Shown here: in pieces, positions 1 through 10,124 of the stretch
Position numbering within the stretch: the stretch's first letter is position 1
Layout: every line of letters starts with the position of its first letter
Source of the DNA: an uncultured bacterium
GTDB lineage: Bacteria; Zhuqueibacterota; QNDG01; DTFT01
Assembly: GCA_963736115.1 (NCBI GenBank)
Contig: CAVTNR010000028.1
Span: 1 to 64,000 of the forward strand
Direction: 5' to 3'
Length of the DNA: 64,000 nucleotides
Translations under genes and position numbers: made by a program
The notes under the pieces: generated by a model
Database searches by the model: none
The model's input: the letters and a program-made list of their open reading frames with translations, nothing else
What the model was told of the DNA's origin: nothing

Positions 1-799
1 TGCGAACGCCGGCTTCGATGAATCGCCTGCTGTAAACACCGAAATAATCGGGCGTCGACATGTAGAACATGCGTCCATCCACGAACTGCGGAAGCCCCGC
101 GTTCGGCAGAACGGCCGTCGGCCTGGAAGTCGAGCGGAGCATGCGTTCGAGGCATTCCAGCATGGATTTGGGGCCGATGGCGCAGTTCAGCCCGATGCCG
201 TCGACGGGCATTGCGGACAATTGCACGGCGATTTCCTCGACGTCGGCGCCGGTCCGGGTCCGTCCGTCTTCCTGAACCGTCATCAGCGCGATCAGGGGCA
301 GATCCGAGACGGAGCGGACGGCCGTCACGGCGGCCGCGATCTCGCGCAAATCGTGAAAGGTTTCCAGGACCAGCAGATCCGATCCCGCTTCGGTCAGGCT
401 CAGTGCTTGCGCGGCGAAAACCTCGCCCGCCTGTTCCAGGGACAGGCTCCCGAGAGGCTCGACAGCCGCGCCCAGAGGCCCCATGGAGCCGGCAACGTAG
501 GCGCGGCCGGCCGAAGCCTCCCGCGCCAGACGCACGCCTTCACGGTTGATGTCCGCGGCGCGTCCCGCCAGGTTGTGGCGTTCCAGCTTGACCGCGTTGG
601 CGCCGAAGGTATTGGCCTCGATGACGGTGGCGCCCGCCTCCAGGTACTCGCGGTGGATGTCGCGGACCAGTTCGGGACGGCTGAGGTTCAGCTCGTCGTA
701 GCACCGGTCGATGAAGACGCCGCGCTGGTACAGATAGGTACCCATCGCGCCGTCAAAAAGGTGGAGCCTTTTCTCGAGGCTTTCCCTGAAAGGCATCAT
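1..799 (-). CDS. Homocysteine S-methyltransferase domain protein (YitJ-like HMT/MTHFR fusion or MetH N-terminus), runs off the window
   Basis: Not in the ORF track (no stop in window). Manual translation from ATG 799: MMPFRESLEKRLHLFDGAMGTYLYQRGV..ELNLSRPELVRDIHREYLEAGA..ANTFGAN..GLNCAIGP..PNAGLP, typical HMT motifs; GAGG upstream. Confidence 0.88.
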   Translation of the reverse strand, partial: MMPFRESLEKRLHLFDGAMGTYLYQRGVFIDRCYDELNLSRPELVRDIHREYLEAGATVIEANTFGANAVKLERHNLAGRAADINREGVRLAREASAGRAYVAGSMGPLGAAVEPLGSLSLEQAGEVFAAQALSLTEAGSDLLVLETFHDLREIAAAVTAVRSVSDLPLIALMTVQEDGRTRTGADVEEIAVQLSAMPVDGIGLNCAIGPKSMLECLERMLRSTSRPTAVLPNAGLPQFVDGRMFYMSTPDYFGVYSRRFIEAGVR

Positions 800-1021
800 G
801 CGGGTTTCCTCACCGGGATCTTGGATTTTCCGCAGCCCGTCCCGCTGCGCGGGACCAATCTACAGACGCTGACTATTGAAGGCTACGCGGGATCAAGCAA
901 TTGCATTCTTGAAATATTGAAGACAAACGGCGGACTCTCAATGGTGAACAAATCAAATAACTTGGTGCCGCTTTGCGGCAAATCTTCTATCCGTAGGGAA
1001 GAGACAGTTCATATTCGCTCG

Positions 1022-4000
1022 CTAACCCCGCGGCCCGCTACGCGGAGGATTGCGATCGCTGACAGATTCGATCCAGACGTTCTCGCGGCCCAGGCATTCG
1101 CGGAGGCGGGTCATCAGCTCAGGCGTGGGATTGATTTTAAATTTTTTCGAGACGAGCCTCACGGTGCGGCCCTCGGGAGTGACGACATGAAAAATCAGGG
1201 GCACGTCGCCCGGGGACCGCTGAACCGCATTCTGCAGGCGGGGCACCCGTTCCGGATCCTCGATGCGGACCGACAACCGCTGGGTGAACCGCCGGCCGGC
1301 CTCCTCCAGCGGCAGAATTTCGCAGGCGATCACGTTGGTTTCCCCGCGTTCCTCCCGCCGGTCCGTCTTTCCGATGACAACCACGATCGCATCCTCCCGG
1401 ATCAGGGATCGGTGTTTTTCGAAGATGTCCGAGAAAGCGATGACCCGGACGCCTCCGGTGAAATCCTCGACGCGGAAGAAAGCGTAGGCTTTCTCCTTAC
1501 GGTCGAGCCGCTGGGTCACCTGGGTGACGAGCCCGCAGATCCGGACCGACTGGCCGCTCGCGACGGACTCCATTTCCGCGGCGCGAGGGCTGGCGAAAGC
1601 CTCTATTTCCTGCCGGTGCTTCTCGAGCGGATGTCCGGACAGGTACAGTCCCAGGAGCTCCTTCTCCGTTTTCAGGATTTCCGACTGGGGCTGGGGCGGC
1701 AGAACGGGGAGGTCGGGATAGGCCTTCTGTCCCAGACCCTCCTCGTCGAAGATGGTGCGCTGTTCCGCGTTGGAACGGGCGGATGCGGCGGCGAAGGCCA
1801 TCGCCTGGTTGAGGGCCGCCGTTTTCTGGGCGCGTGTCCCTTCAAGCGCGTCCATGGCCCCCGAGCCGATCAGACTCTCGATGACCTTCCGGTTGACCGT
1901 GCGGCCGTTCACCGCGGCGCAGAACTCGAAAAGGGATGTCATGCGTTGCAGGCGTTGCCGCGCTTCGATGATGGATTCGATCGCCTGATGACCGACGTTC
2001 TTCACGGCGCCGAGGCCGAAGCGGATGACCTCTCCCTCGACGGAAAAGGCCGCCTCGCTCGAGTTCACGTCCGGTGGCAGGACCGGGATGCCCATCCGGC
2101 GGCATTCTTCGAACAGTATGACCACGCGGTCGGTGTCGCCCATTTCGCTGGTCAGATTCGCGGCCATGAATTCAACGGGGTGACGGGCTTTGAGATACGC
2201 GGTCTGGTAGGCGACCACCGAATAACAGGCGGCATGTGACTTGTTGAATCCATATCCCGCGAACTTGTCCATGAGGTCGAAAATCGCATTGGCGGTGTCC
2301 TTGGACACGCTTTTCTTTCCGGCGCCTTCCACGAAACGCTCCCGCTGTTCCTGCATCAGATCGACCATCTTCTTCCCCATCGCGCGTCTGAGGAGGTCGG
2401 CTTCTCCGAGGCTGAATCCGCCGACGGCGGAGGCGATCTGCATGACCTGCTCCTGGTAGACGATGACGCCGTGCGTTTCCCGCAGAATCGGCTCCATGAG
2501 CGGGTGCAGGTACTGCACTTTCGTCTTGCCGTGCTTCCGCGAGATGAAATCGTCGATCATCTCCATCGGACCGGGACGGTACAGGGCGTTCATGGCCGTC
2601 AGGTCTTCAACGGACTCCGGCGCGAGCTTCTTCAGATAGTCCCGCATGCCGGCGCTCTCGAACTGGAAAATACCCACGGTTTCACCGTTCCGGAAAATTC
2701 GGAAGGTGTCCGCGTCGTCCATCGGAATCGAGGCGATGTCCACCGTGACACCCCGTCGCCGGAGAAGCCGGACGGTTTGGTCGATCACCGTCAGGGTCCG
2801 AAGCCCGAGAAAATCCATTTTCAGGAGGCCGATGGTTTCGAGGGCTTTCATGTCGTACTGCGTGGTGACGTCGCCCTGCGAGGACCGGTAGAGCGGGACG
2901 AATTCGGTCAGTTCGGTCGGCGCGATCACCACGCCGGCCGCGTGAATGGAGGCGTGACGGGCCAGTCCCTCGAGCACGAGCGCGCGGTCGAACATCTTCT
3001 GGATCTGGGGATTCCCGGCGCATGCGGCCTTGAAGTCGGGCACTTTCTGCGCCGTTTCGGCCAGTTCGAAGTTGGCGGGAATCATCTTGGCGATCAGGTC
3101 CACTTCTCCGTACGGGATTTTCAGAACCCGCCCCACGTCGCGGATCGCCGCGCGCGCATTCATGCTTCCGAACGTGATGATCTGAGTCACATTGGTGATG
3201 CCGCCGTATTTCTCCTTCACGTACTGGATGATTTCATCCCGGCGCTCGTAGCAGAAATCAATGTCGATATCGGGCATGGTCACCCGTTCGGGATTGAGAA
3301 AACGCTCGAACAGGAGCCCGTACCGGATCGGATCCACGTCGGTAATGCCCAGTGCGTACGAAACGAGACTTCCGGCGGCCGATCCCCGTCCGGGGCCCAC
3401 GGGAATGCCCCGTTCACGCGCGTACTGGATGAAATCCGCGACGATCAGAAAATATCCCGCGAATCCCATGTGCTTGATGACGCCGATCTCGAACGCGCAG
3501 CGGTTTTCCAGTTCGGATGTAACCGACGGGAAACGGCGTCTCAGTCCCTCCCGGACCAGGTTCTCGAAATACGCCTCCAGGGACAGGTCGGCGGACCCCG
3601 TCGGGACCTGAAAATGGGGCAGGTGAAACCCCTTGAAGTCCAGCACGAGGTGACAGCGCTCGGCCACGGCCATCGTGTTCGAAACGGCCTGCGGAAGGTC
3701 GCGGAACAGTTCCGCCATCTCTCCGGGCGGCTTGAAATAGAGCTGGTCCGTGTTGAACCGCATGCGGCCGGGGTCGTCGAAATCCCGGTTGGTCTGGATG
3801 CAGAGCAGGATGTCGTGCGCCTCCGCGTGCTCCCGCTCGAGATAATGCGTGTCATTGGTGGCGACCAGCGGAATCCCCGTGACGGCGGACAGGCGCATCA
3901 GTTCGCGGACGGCCTTCTCCTCCTCGGGGAACCCGTGATTCTGGATCTCCAGATAGAACCGGTCGCCGAAGCACTCCTTGAAGAATCCGGCCGCTTCCGC

Positions 4001-4471
4001 GGCCCCGTCGAAGTCGTCGCGGATCAGCTTGTAGGGGATTTCCCCCTGGATGCAGCTGCTCATGACGAGAAGCCCTTCGGCGTGCCGGGCGAGGAGCTCG
4101 CGGTCGATCCGGGGCTTGTAGTAGAAGCCTTCCAGATAACCGAGCGAGGAGAGTTTCATCAGGTTCCTGTAACCTGCGGTGTTGGTCGCGAGCAGGATGA
4201 GGTGGAAGGCGTTCTCCCCGCCGAACTTGGAGGGCACCCGGTCATGCCGCGATTTCGGGGCGACGTAGGCCTCCAGGCCGATGATGGGCTTGATTCCGGC
4301 CTTCATCGCCGCTTTGTAGAAATGAACGGCGCCGAACAGGTTGCCGTGGTCCGTGATGGCCACCGCGGGCATTTTCATTCGCTTGGCCGCATGGATCAGC
4401 CCGTCGATCCGGCAGGCGCCGTCGAGCAGGCTGTATTGCGTGTGGTTGTGCAGATGGACGAATTCGCTCAT
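1022..4471 (-). CDS. dnaE: DNA polymerase III alpha subunit
   Basis: PHP motif HLHNHTQYSLLDG, GPGRGSAAGS, PDIDIDF catalytic motif, C-terminal OB fold; 1149 aa with no intein-sized insert. Confidence 0.98.
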   Translation of the reverse strand: MSEFVHLHNHTQYSLLDGACRIDGLIHAAKRMKMPAVAITDHGNLFGAVHFYKAAMKAGIKPIIGLEAYVAPKSRHDRVPSKFGGENAFHLILLATNTAGYRNLMKLSSLGYLEGFYYKPRIDRELLARHAEGLLVMSSCIQGEIPYKLIRDDFDGAAEAAGFFKECFGDRFYLEIQNHGFPEEEKAVRELMRLSAVTGIPLVATNDTHYLEREHAEAHDILLCIQTNRDFDDPGRMRFNTDQLYFKPPGEMAELFRDLPQAVSNTMAVAERCHLVLDFKGFHLPHFQVPTGSADLSLEAYFENLVREGLRRRFPSVTSELENRCAFEIGVIKHMGFAGYFLIVADFIQYARERGIPVGPGRGSAAGSLVSYALGITDVDPIRYGLLFERFLNPERVTMPDIDIDFCYERRDEIIQYVKEKYGGITNVTQIITFGSMNARAAIRDVGRVLKIPYGEVDLIAKMIPANFELAETAQKVPDFKAACAGNPQIQKMFDRALVLEGLARHASIHAAGVVIAPTELTEFVPLYRSSQGDVTTQYDMKALETIGLLKMDFLGLRTLTVIDQTVRLLRRRGVTVDIASIPMDDADTFRIFRNGETVGIFQFESAGMRDYLKKLAPESVEDLTAMNALYRPGPMEMIDDFISRKHGKTKVQYLHPLMEPILRETHGVIVYQEQVMQIASAVGGFSLGEADLLRRAMGKKMVDLMQEQRERFVEGAGKKSVSKDTANAIFDLMDKFAGYGFNKSHAACYSVVAYQTAYLKARHPVEFMAANLTSEMGDTDRVVILFEECRRMGIPVLPPDVNSSEAAFSVEGEVIRFGLGAVKNVGHQAIESIIEARQRLQRMTSLFEFCAAVNGRTVNRKVIESLIGSGAMDALEGTRAQKTAALNQAMAFAAASARSNAEQRTIFDEEGLGQKAYPDLPVLPPQPQSEILKTEKELLGLYLSGHPLEKHRQEIEAFASPRAAEMESVASGQSVRICGLVTQVTQRLDRKEKAYAFFRVEDFTGGVRVIAFSDIFEKHRSLIREDAIVVVIGKTDRREERGETNVIACEILPLEEAGRRFTQRLSVRIEDPERVPRLQNAVQRSPGDVPLIFHVVTPEGRTVRLVSKKFKINPTPELMTRLRECLGRENVWIESVSDRNPPRSGPRG

Positions 4472-5736
4472 GACGGCGCCGTTTTCTCGGTTTCGCGGCG
4501 GATGTCCGCGCCGACCGAGCCGAGTTTTTCCTCGATGCGTTCGTACCCGCGGTCCAGGTGGTACACCCGGGAGATGTCGGTTCTTCCGCGCGCGACCAGT
4601 CCGGCCAGGACGAGCGAGGCGCTGGCGCGCAGGTCCGTGGACATCACCCGCGCGCCGGACAGATGGTCCGTGCCATGAACCACGCAGACGTTCCGGTCGA
4701 TGGTCAGATCAGCGCCGAGGCGCTGAAGTTCGGCGACGTGCGTGAACCGGTCGTGAAAAATCGTGTCCGTGACCGTGCTCGTGCCCGCGGCCAGGCTCAT
4801 CAGAGCGAGCCACTGGGCTTGCATGTCCGTCGGAAAGCCCGGATACTCCACGGTGACCACATGGGTCGGCCGTATTCCGCCGCCGGAACGCACGCGTATC
4901 CAGTCGGGCCCCTCCTCCACTTCGGCCCCGCTTTCGCGCAGTTTCTCAATGACAGCCACGCAATGATCGGGACGGGTGCGGCGCAGGGTCAGGTCTCCGC
5001 CCGTGATGTGGCCGGCGATCAGATAGGTACCCGTCTCGATCCGATCCGGAATCACCTCGGCGGAAACCGGATGAAGAGAATCGACGCCTTCGATTTCCAG
5101 GTGGCCGGTGCCCATCCCGGCGATTCGGCCGCCCATCCGGTTGAGGAAGTCGCACAGCGCGTCGATTTCCGGTTCGCGGGCGGCGTTCTCGATACGGGTC
5201 GTCCCCCGGGCCAGCACGGCGGCCAGCAGGATGTTCGCCGTGGCGCCCACGCTCGATTTGTCGAACAGGATGCGGGCGCCTTTCAGCTTCCCCGCGGTCG
5301 CGACGATGTACCCTTCTTCGAGCTCGACGTCCGCGCCGAGCTTGCGCATGCCCTCGATATGGAGATTTACAGGACGCGGGCCCCAGGCGCAGCCGCCGGG
5401 CAGAGAGACCTTCGCCCGGCCGTAACGGGCGAGCAAGGGGCCGAGAACGTAGATCGATGCCCGCATGGTTTTCACCAGATCATAAGGGGCCTCCCAAGTT
5501 CGGCATCCCGGATTTTCCAGAATAAGGTTCTGCCCTTCGGCCGCCACTGAAACGCCGATCCCTTCGATCAGCCGGGCCATGGTCCGGACGTCCTTCAGCT
5601 GCGGCACATTCGAAAGCGCGTATCGGCCCTCGGCCAGCATGGCGGCTGCCATCATCGGCAGGACCGCGTTTTTGGAGCCGCCGATGACAACCTCGCCCCG
5701 CACTGGCCGGCCGCCGTGTAAAACCAGTTTATCCAT
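4468..5736 (-). CDS. murA: UDP-N-acetylglucosamine 1-carboxyvinyltransferase
   Basis: GSKNAVLP, LPGGCAWGPRP (catalytic Cys), PGFPTDMQ, DLRASASL, HLDRGYE. Start trimmed to ATG 5736 (MDKLVL), overlapping the recN stop. Confidence 0.97.
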   Translation of the reverse strand: MDKLVLHGGRPVRGEVVIGGSKNAVLPMMAAAMLAEGRYALSNVPQLKDVRTMARLIEGIGVSVAAEGQNLILENPGCRTWEAPYDLVKTMRASIYVLGPLLARYGRAKVSLPGGCAWGPRPVNLHIEGMRKLGADVELEEGYIVATAGKLKGARILFDKSSVGATANILLAAVLARGTTRIENAAREPEIDALCDFLNRMGGRIAGMGTGHLEIEGVDSLHPVSAEVIPDRIETGTYLIAGHITGGDLTLRRTRPDHCVAVIEKLRESGAEVEEGPDWIRVRSGGGIRPTHVVTVEYPGFPTDMQAQWLALMSLAAGTSTVTDTIFHDRFTHVAELQRLGADLTIDRNVCVVHGTDHLSGARVMSTDLRASASLVLAGLVARGRTDISRVYHLDRGYERIEEKLGSVGADIRRETEKTAPS

Positions 5737-7441
5737 CCGAAGACTCCGTGCGGGATGCGAGCAGTTCCCGTGCTGTGGCCATCGCGGTTTCCGTAACCTT
5801 TTCGCCGCCGATGAGTTTTGCGATTTCAAGCGCGCGCTCGTCCCGGTCGATTCGACGGATCACGGTATAAGTCCGCTCCCCCGCCACACGCTTGAATACG
5901 CTGAAGTGGGCGTCACCCATGGACGCGATCTGGGGCAGGTGCGTGATGCACAGGACCTGATGGCGCCCTCCGAGCGCCTTGAGTTTCCGCCCCACCGTAT
6001 GGGCAATGCGGCCGGAGATGCCCGTATCGATCTCGTCGAAAATCAGAACCGGCACCCGATCCGCGTCCGCGAGCACGGATTTCAGGGCCAGCATGATCCG
6101 GGAGACTTCGCCTCCGGATGCGACCTGCGCGAGCGGCTTGATCGGTTCCCCCGGATTGAGTGTGATGAAAAATTCGACGCGGTCCGTTCCGTCGGCCGAA
6201 ACCGTGACCGGAGCACCGTCGATACGCAGCCAGCTCCGGGCGTCTTCCCGACGGTCGATCCGGATCTCGAAGCGGCCGTGCGGCAGTCCCAGTTCAGCGA
6301 GCGCGTCCTGCACCGCGCGTTCCAGCCGACGCCCGGCCGCGCGCCGCGCTTCCGTGAGTGCCGCGCAAGCCTTCGCCAGTGCGGTTTTTCCGGCCTCGAA
6401 TTCGGATTCCGCGCGGAGGATCTCCTCTTTCAGGGATTCCATCCGGGCGAGATCCTCCTCCGCCCGGCGGAGACGCTCCGCCACGGCTTCCATGGATCCG
6501 CCGTATTTCTTCTTGAGCCTGCCGAACAGCGCCAAACGTTCCCGGATTTCCTCCAGCCGGCCGGGATTGTCCTCAATCCGGTCCGTTGCGGTGGTGATCC
6601 GCCTGAGGATGTCCTGAACCTGGATCGCGGCCGAATCGATCTCGTCGGCCCATCCCTGAAAAGCGGGGTCCACGGAGCCGAGTTCGCCGAGCAGGGCACG
6701 GACCGAAGACAGCCGCTCCTGAACCGACCCGTCTCCCTCATAGAGAGCGTCGCGGACCGTCCCGACGGTGCGGGCGATACGTTCGGCGCTGCGCAGAACC
6801 GCTTCTTCCCGGGTCAGGGTCTCCTCTTCGCCGGGCTTGGGGTCCGCGAGCCGGATTTCCCCGCTCTGAAATTCAAGCAGTTCCCGCTGGTCCGCCAGCC
6901 GCTGTTCCCGCTGCGTCAGGTCAGTCCATTTCTCCTGGAGCTGACGCACGGAATGGAAGGTGTCCCGGACGGCGCGTCGAAGCGCCCCGTCCACGCCGGA
7001 ATTGTCCAGATAATCCAGATGCCGTTCCGGCCGGAGCAGGGCCTGGTGTTCGTGCTGGCCGTGCAGGTCGACCAGAACGTCGCCTAGCGCGGTCAGCTGG
7101 TTGAGGGTCACCGGGGAATCGTTGGCAAAACAGCGGCTTCTCCCGGTGTCGAAGACTTCGCGGCGGAGCAGGAGGGATCCGGAATCCAGCCCGTCCGCCT
7201 CGCCTGCGGCTTCACGGACCATCGCGTCCGGGACCTCGAACAGCGCCTCCACCACGGCCGAAGCGGCGCCCTGACGGATAATGTCGGTGCGGCCGCGTTC
7301 TCCCAGAATCAGGCCGATGGCGCCGAGTATGATGGACTTGCCCGCGCCGGTTTCGCCGGTCAGGATATTCAGCCCGGGTCCGAACACGACGGACATCTCG
7401 TCGATCAGCGCATAGTTCCGGATGGTGATCTGTTTCAGCAT
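5729..7441 (-). CDS. recN: DNA repair protein RecN
   Basis: Walker A TGETGAGKS, signature ASGGEVSR, Walker B IFDEIDTGISG, ITHLPQIA. Start trimmed to MLKQITI (ATG 7441). Confidence 0.97.
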   Translation of the reverse strand: MLKQITIRNYALIDEMSVVFGPGLNILTGETGAGKSIILGAIGLILGERGRTDIIRQGAASAVVEALFEVPDAMVREAAGEADGLDSGSLLLRREVFDTGRSRCFANDSPVTLNQLTALGDVLVDLHGQHEHQALLRPERHLDYLDNSGVDGALRRAVRDTFHSVRQLQEKWTDLTQREQRLADQRELLEFQSGEIRLADPKPGEEETLTREEAVLRSAERIARTVGTVRDALYEGDGSVQERLSSVRALLGELGSVDPAFQGWADEIDSAAIQVQDILRRITTATDRIEDNPGRLEEIRERLALFGRLKKKYGGSMEAVAERLRRAEEDLARMESLKEEILRAESEFEAGKTALAKACAALTEARRAAGRRLERAVQDALAELGLPHGRFEIRIDRREDARSWLRIDGAPVTVSADGTDRVEFFITLNPGEPIKPLAQVASGGEVSRIMLALKSVLADADRVPVLIFDEIDTGISGRIAHTVGRKLKALGGRHQVLCITHLPQIASMGDAHFSVFKRVAGERTYTVIRRIDRDERALEIAKLIGGEKVTETAMATARELLASRTESSDG

Positions 7442-7476
7442 GACGCTCCAGGTTCCGCGGCCGGGCCGCGCGCCTT

Positions 7477-9648
7477 TCAGCGGATCACGGCGATTTTGGC
7501 GGCTGCGGTCCGGCCGTCCTCTTCCTGTGCCACAATCAGGTACACCCCGCCCGCGACAGCCGTCCCCTGGTCGTTCCGTCCGTCCCACAGGAGTCGCCGG
7601 CCGTAGTTGGTTCCGAACGGAAACCGGCGGACCAGGCGTCCCGCGGCCGTGTACACGGATACGCTCACGCTTCCGGACAAACCTTCGATCACGACCGCTT
7701 CCTGGCGGCCGGGAAAAAACGGATTCGGATGCACGGACAGCGAACCCAGCTTTTCAGCCGGCCGCGAGAAGGGCGTCGCGACGGACGAGAGTCCGCGATC
7801 CGTGCCGATGAACACGCGCCCGGATTCCGGATCCCAGGCCAGGGACGTGATCCGGTCGGAGGAAAGCGGACTGGCGGCCGCGGTGAAATGACCCCCCTCA
7901 TACGTGGAAGCCGAGAAATATCCGACACCGATGGTGGTTCCCACCCAGACGTTGTTCACGCCGTCCACGAGAAGCGCGGTGATGATGTCCTGATAATACC
8001 GGTGGATCTGACCGACCGTCCCGTATGAATAATAGTACAGGCCGTCCTTCGTTCCGATCCACGCAACGCCGTCCCGGTCCACGGCAACGGCTGTGATTTC
8101 ATTCTTGGCCAATCCGTCGGATGTGTTGAGCCATTCGACGGCCGGATCGTCATCCGGATCCGAAACCGTCCCTGAATCGTCAAGAATCAGCAGGCCCGCC
8201 CCCGCCGTCCCAATCCACTTCCGGTTGTCCGGCCCCGCCGTGATGTTCTGCAGATTCATTGCGGTAACGCCCTGGGCGACTCCGAAATAACTCCATCCTG
8301 AATCCGGTTCCCAGGCGATGAGAGGACGGCTGCTTTGGGAATCCCAGTTCAGCGTCCAGAGAACGCCGTTCCGGTCGAATGTGAGGTCGCTGACGCAGGG
8401 ATAATCCGGATCATCCTCAGTGCTGGTTGCCAGAATACCGTTCCGGACGTCATAGACGCCTGTGAGGCTGTCTCCCTCAACCCGAAACAGGCCGTTTCCC
8501 CATGTGCCGAACCAGGCACGCCCCTGACCGTCGGTGGCGACGGCACGGGCGTCGGAGAACGCGAGTTCAGGCCTTTCAGTGAATGTAAAACGCTTCCACC
8601 CGTCAGCATCGAGGCGGCATATGCCTTTCGGCGTGGCGCACCAGAGCGCGCCGGTCGAGTCGCAAGTCATATCCGTCATCAGGCTCGCAACCGGGCAGTC
8701 GGGAAGATACCGCACGGGTTCCGTTTCCACCGCAACCGCTTCCCGAAGACCATCCCGGGTACCGATCCAAAGCCGGTTCAGGAAAACACTGAGACTGAGG
8801 CCTCCGGTGACGGATGCCCATACCGGCTCCCATGAGGATCCGGACCAGCGGAAAATACCCGCGGCAGTCGCGGCATACAGCCAGTCCCCGAACCGGACAG
8901 CCGCTTCGGGGCGGTAACCCGGATATCCGTCCGCCATCGATTCCCATCCGTCTCCGTTCTGCAGAAAAAGCCCGGACGGACCCAGCAGCGCCGTTTTTCC
9001 GTTCCACTCGGTCAGGCAGATCACCGCGTCCTGCGAAGCGGGAAGCGCCGGATTGGACCAGGAATCCGGATCCAGCAGATTGGCGCCGTTCAGCGGCGCC
9101 CAGGCTGGGCCTTCGTCCGTGGCGGCCCAGATCCGGCCTTCCCGGACGGCCACGGCATTGACCGGTGTCTCCACCTGGATACCTTTTCCCAGACGCCGGT
9201 AGGTTTCCTTGACTTCATTCCGGGAGATGAGGAACAGGCTGACGCCGATGTCCAGGCCGACGAAAAGCGAGTCGCCCTCCGACCAAAGGCTGGTGACGGA
9301 TTGTCCCTGGTAATCATCGACTGTGCGGCTTCTGTTGTCCGCGGGATTCCATTTCTGCAGGAGTCCGTTTGCGAAACCCAGCCAAAGCGTTCCGCTCCGG
9401 TCGGCCGTCACCGCGGTCATTTCATTCGCGGCCAGTCCCTCTGTGTTCGTCCAGGTCTGGAACGAGCCGGTGGCCGGATCGAAAGCCAGAAGGCCCCCTT
9501 CGGTCGCGCACCAGAGCCGTCCCCCGGCCGGACTGAGATCCCGGATCTCCAGGGTGGCCGTATGCGTCTTCCATTCCCACCACCCGGCCGAGAGAACGGC
9601 CGGGATCAGCAGGGACAGGACGGCGGCTGACCAGGTCCCGCGATTCAC
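7477..9648 (-). CDS. PorZ-like secreted beta-propeller protein with T9SS-type/FlgD-Ig C-terminal domain
   Basis: Signal peptide, two-component-regulator propeller repeats (WIGT/WFGT..GL), C-terminal HPNPF..VYTAAGRLVR..WDGRNDQG..GVYLI..KIAVIR as in PorZ. GTG start 9648 overlaps the ribH TGA. Confidence 0.75.
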   Translation of the reverse strand: MNRGTWSAAVLSLLIPAVLSAGWWEWKTHTATLEIRDLSPAGGRLWCATEGGLLAFDPATGSFQTWTNTEGLAANEMTAVTADRSGTLWLGFANGLLQKWNPADNRSRTVDDYQGQSVTSLWSEGDSLFVGLDIGVSLFLISRNEVKETYRRLGKGIQVETPVNAVAVREGRIWAATDEGPAWAPLNGANLLDPDSWSNPALPASQDAVICLTEWNGKTALLGPSGLFLQNGDGWESMADGYPGYRPEAAVRFGDWLYAATAAGIFRWSGSSWEPVWASVTGGLSLSVFLNRLWIGTRDGLREAVAVETEPVRYLPDCPVASLMTDMTCDSTGALWCATPKGICRLDADGWKRFTFTERPELAFSDARAVATDGQGRAWFGTWGNGLFRVEGDSLTGVYDVRNGILATSTEDDPDYPCVSDLTFDRNGVLWTLNWDSQSSRPLIAWEPDSGWSYFGVAQGVTAMNLQNITAGPDNRKWIGTAGAGLLILDDSGTVSDPDDDPAVEWLNTSDGLAKNEITAVAVDRDGVAWIGTKDGLYYYSYGTVGQIHRYYQDIITALLVDGVNNVWVGTTIGVGYFSASTYEGGHFTAAASPLSSDRITSLAWDPESGRVFIGTDRGLSSVATPFSRPAEKLGSLSVHPNPFFPGRQEAVVIEGLSGSVSVSVYTAAGRLVRRFPFGTNYGRRLLWDGRNDQGTAVAGGVYLIVAQEEDGRTAAAKIAVIR

Positions 9649-10115
9649 CGGTCCAGCCTCCCCATGAGGTCGGCCATCTCGATTCCGCTGAGGGCCGCCT
9701 GCCATCCCTTATTCCCCTGTTTCGCCCCGGCCCGCTCCAGTGCCTCCTCCAGATTGTCGCAGGTCAGCACGCCGAATATCGTGGGCACGCCGGTCTGCAG
9801 CCCGACCTGGGCGATCCCCTTGGTCACTTCCGCCGCGATGTGCTGGTAATGGTCCGTGCCTCCGCGGATGACGGCCGCGAGACAGATCACGGAGTCGTAC
9901 TGCTTGGATTGAGCGAGTTTAAGGGCGACGGTCGGTATCTCGAAGGATCCCGGCACCCAGACCACGGTGAGGTCCTTTTCCTGGGCTTTATGGCGGAGCA
10001 GACAGTCCAGAGCCCCGTCCAGCAGGTGTCGGGTGATCATTTCATTGAACCGGCTGACGACCATGGCGAATCGCCGGCCTTCGGCGATGAGCTGTCCCTG
10101 TATGGGCTGGTTCAT
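9645..10115 (-). CDS. ribH: 6,7-dimethyl-8-ribityllumazine synthase
   Basis: SRFNEMIT, VPGSFEIP, VIRGGTDH, AGAKQGNKGWQAA. Confidence 0.97.
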   Translation of the reverse strand: MNQPIQGQLIAEGRRFAMVVSRFNEMITRHLLDGALDCLLRHKAQEKDLTVVWVPGSFEIPTVALKLAQSKQYDSVICLAAVIRGGTDHYQHIAAEVTKGIAQVGLQTGVPTIFGVLTCDNLEEALERAGAKQGNKGWQAALSGIEMADLMGRLDR

Positions 10116-10124
10116 GTTTTCTCC

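Noticed and set aside
221-4678. Very long plus-strand ORFs (221..2239, 2471..4678) and similar ones at 5579, 9840, 28979, 38327, 45011 and 50704
   Set aside because: Antisense shadows of well-identified minus-strand genes in GC-rich DNA; no recognisable motifs.
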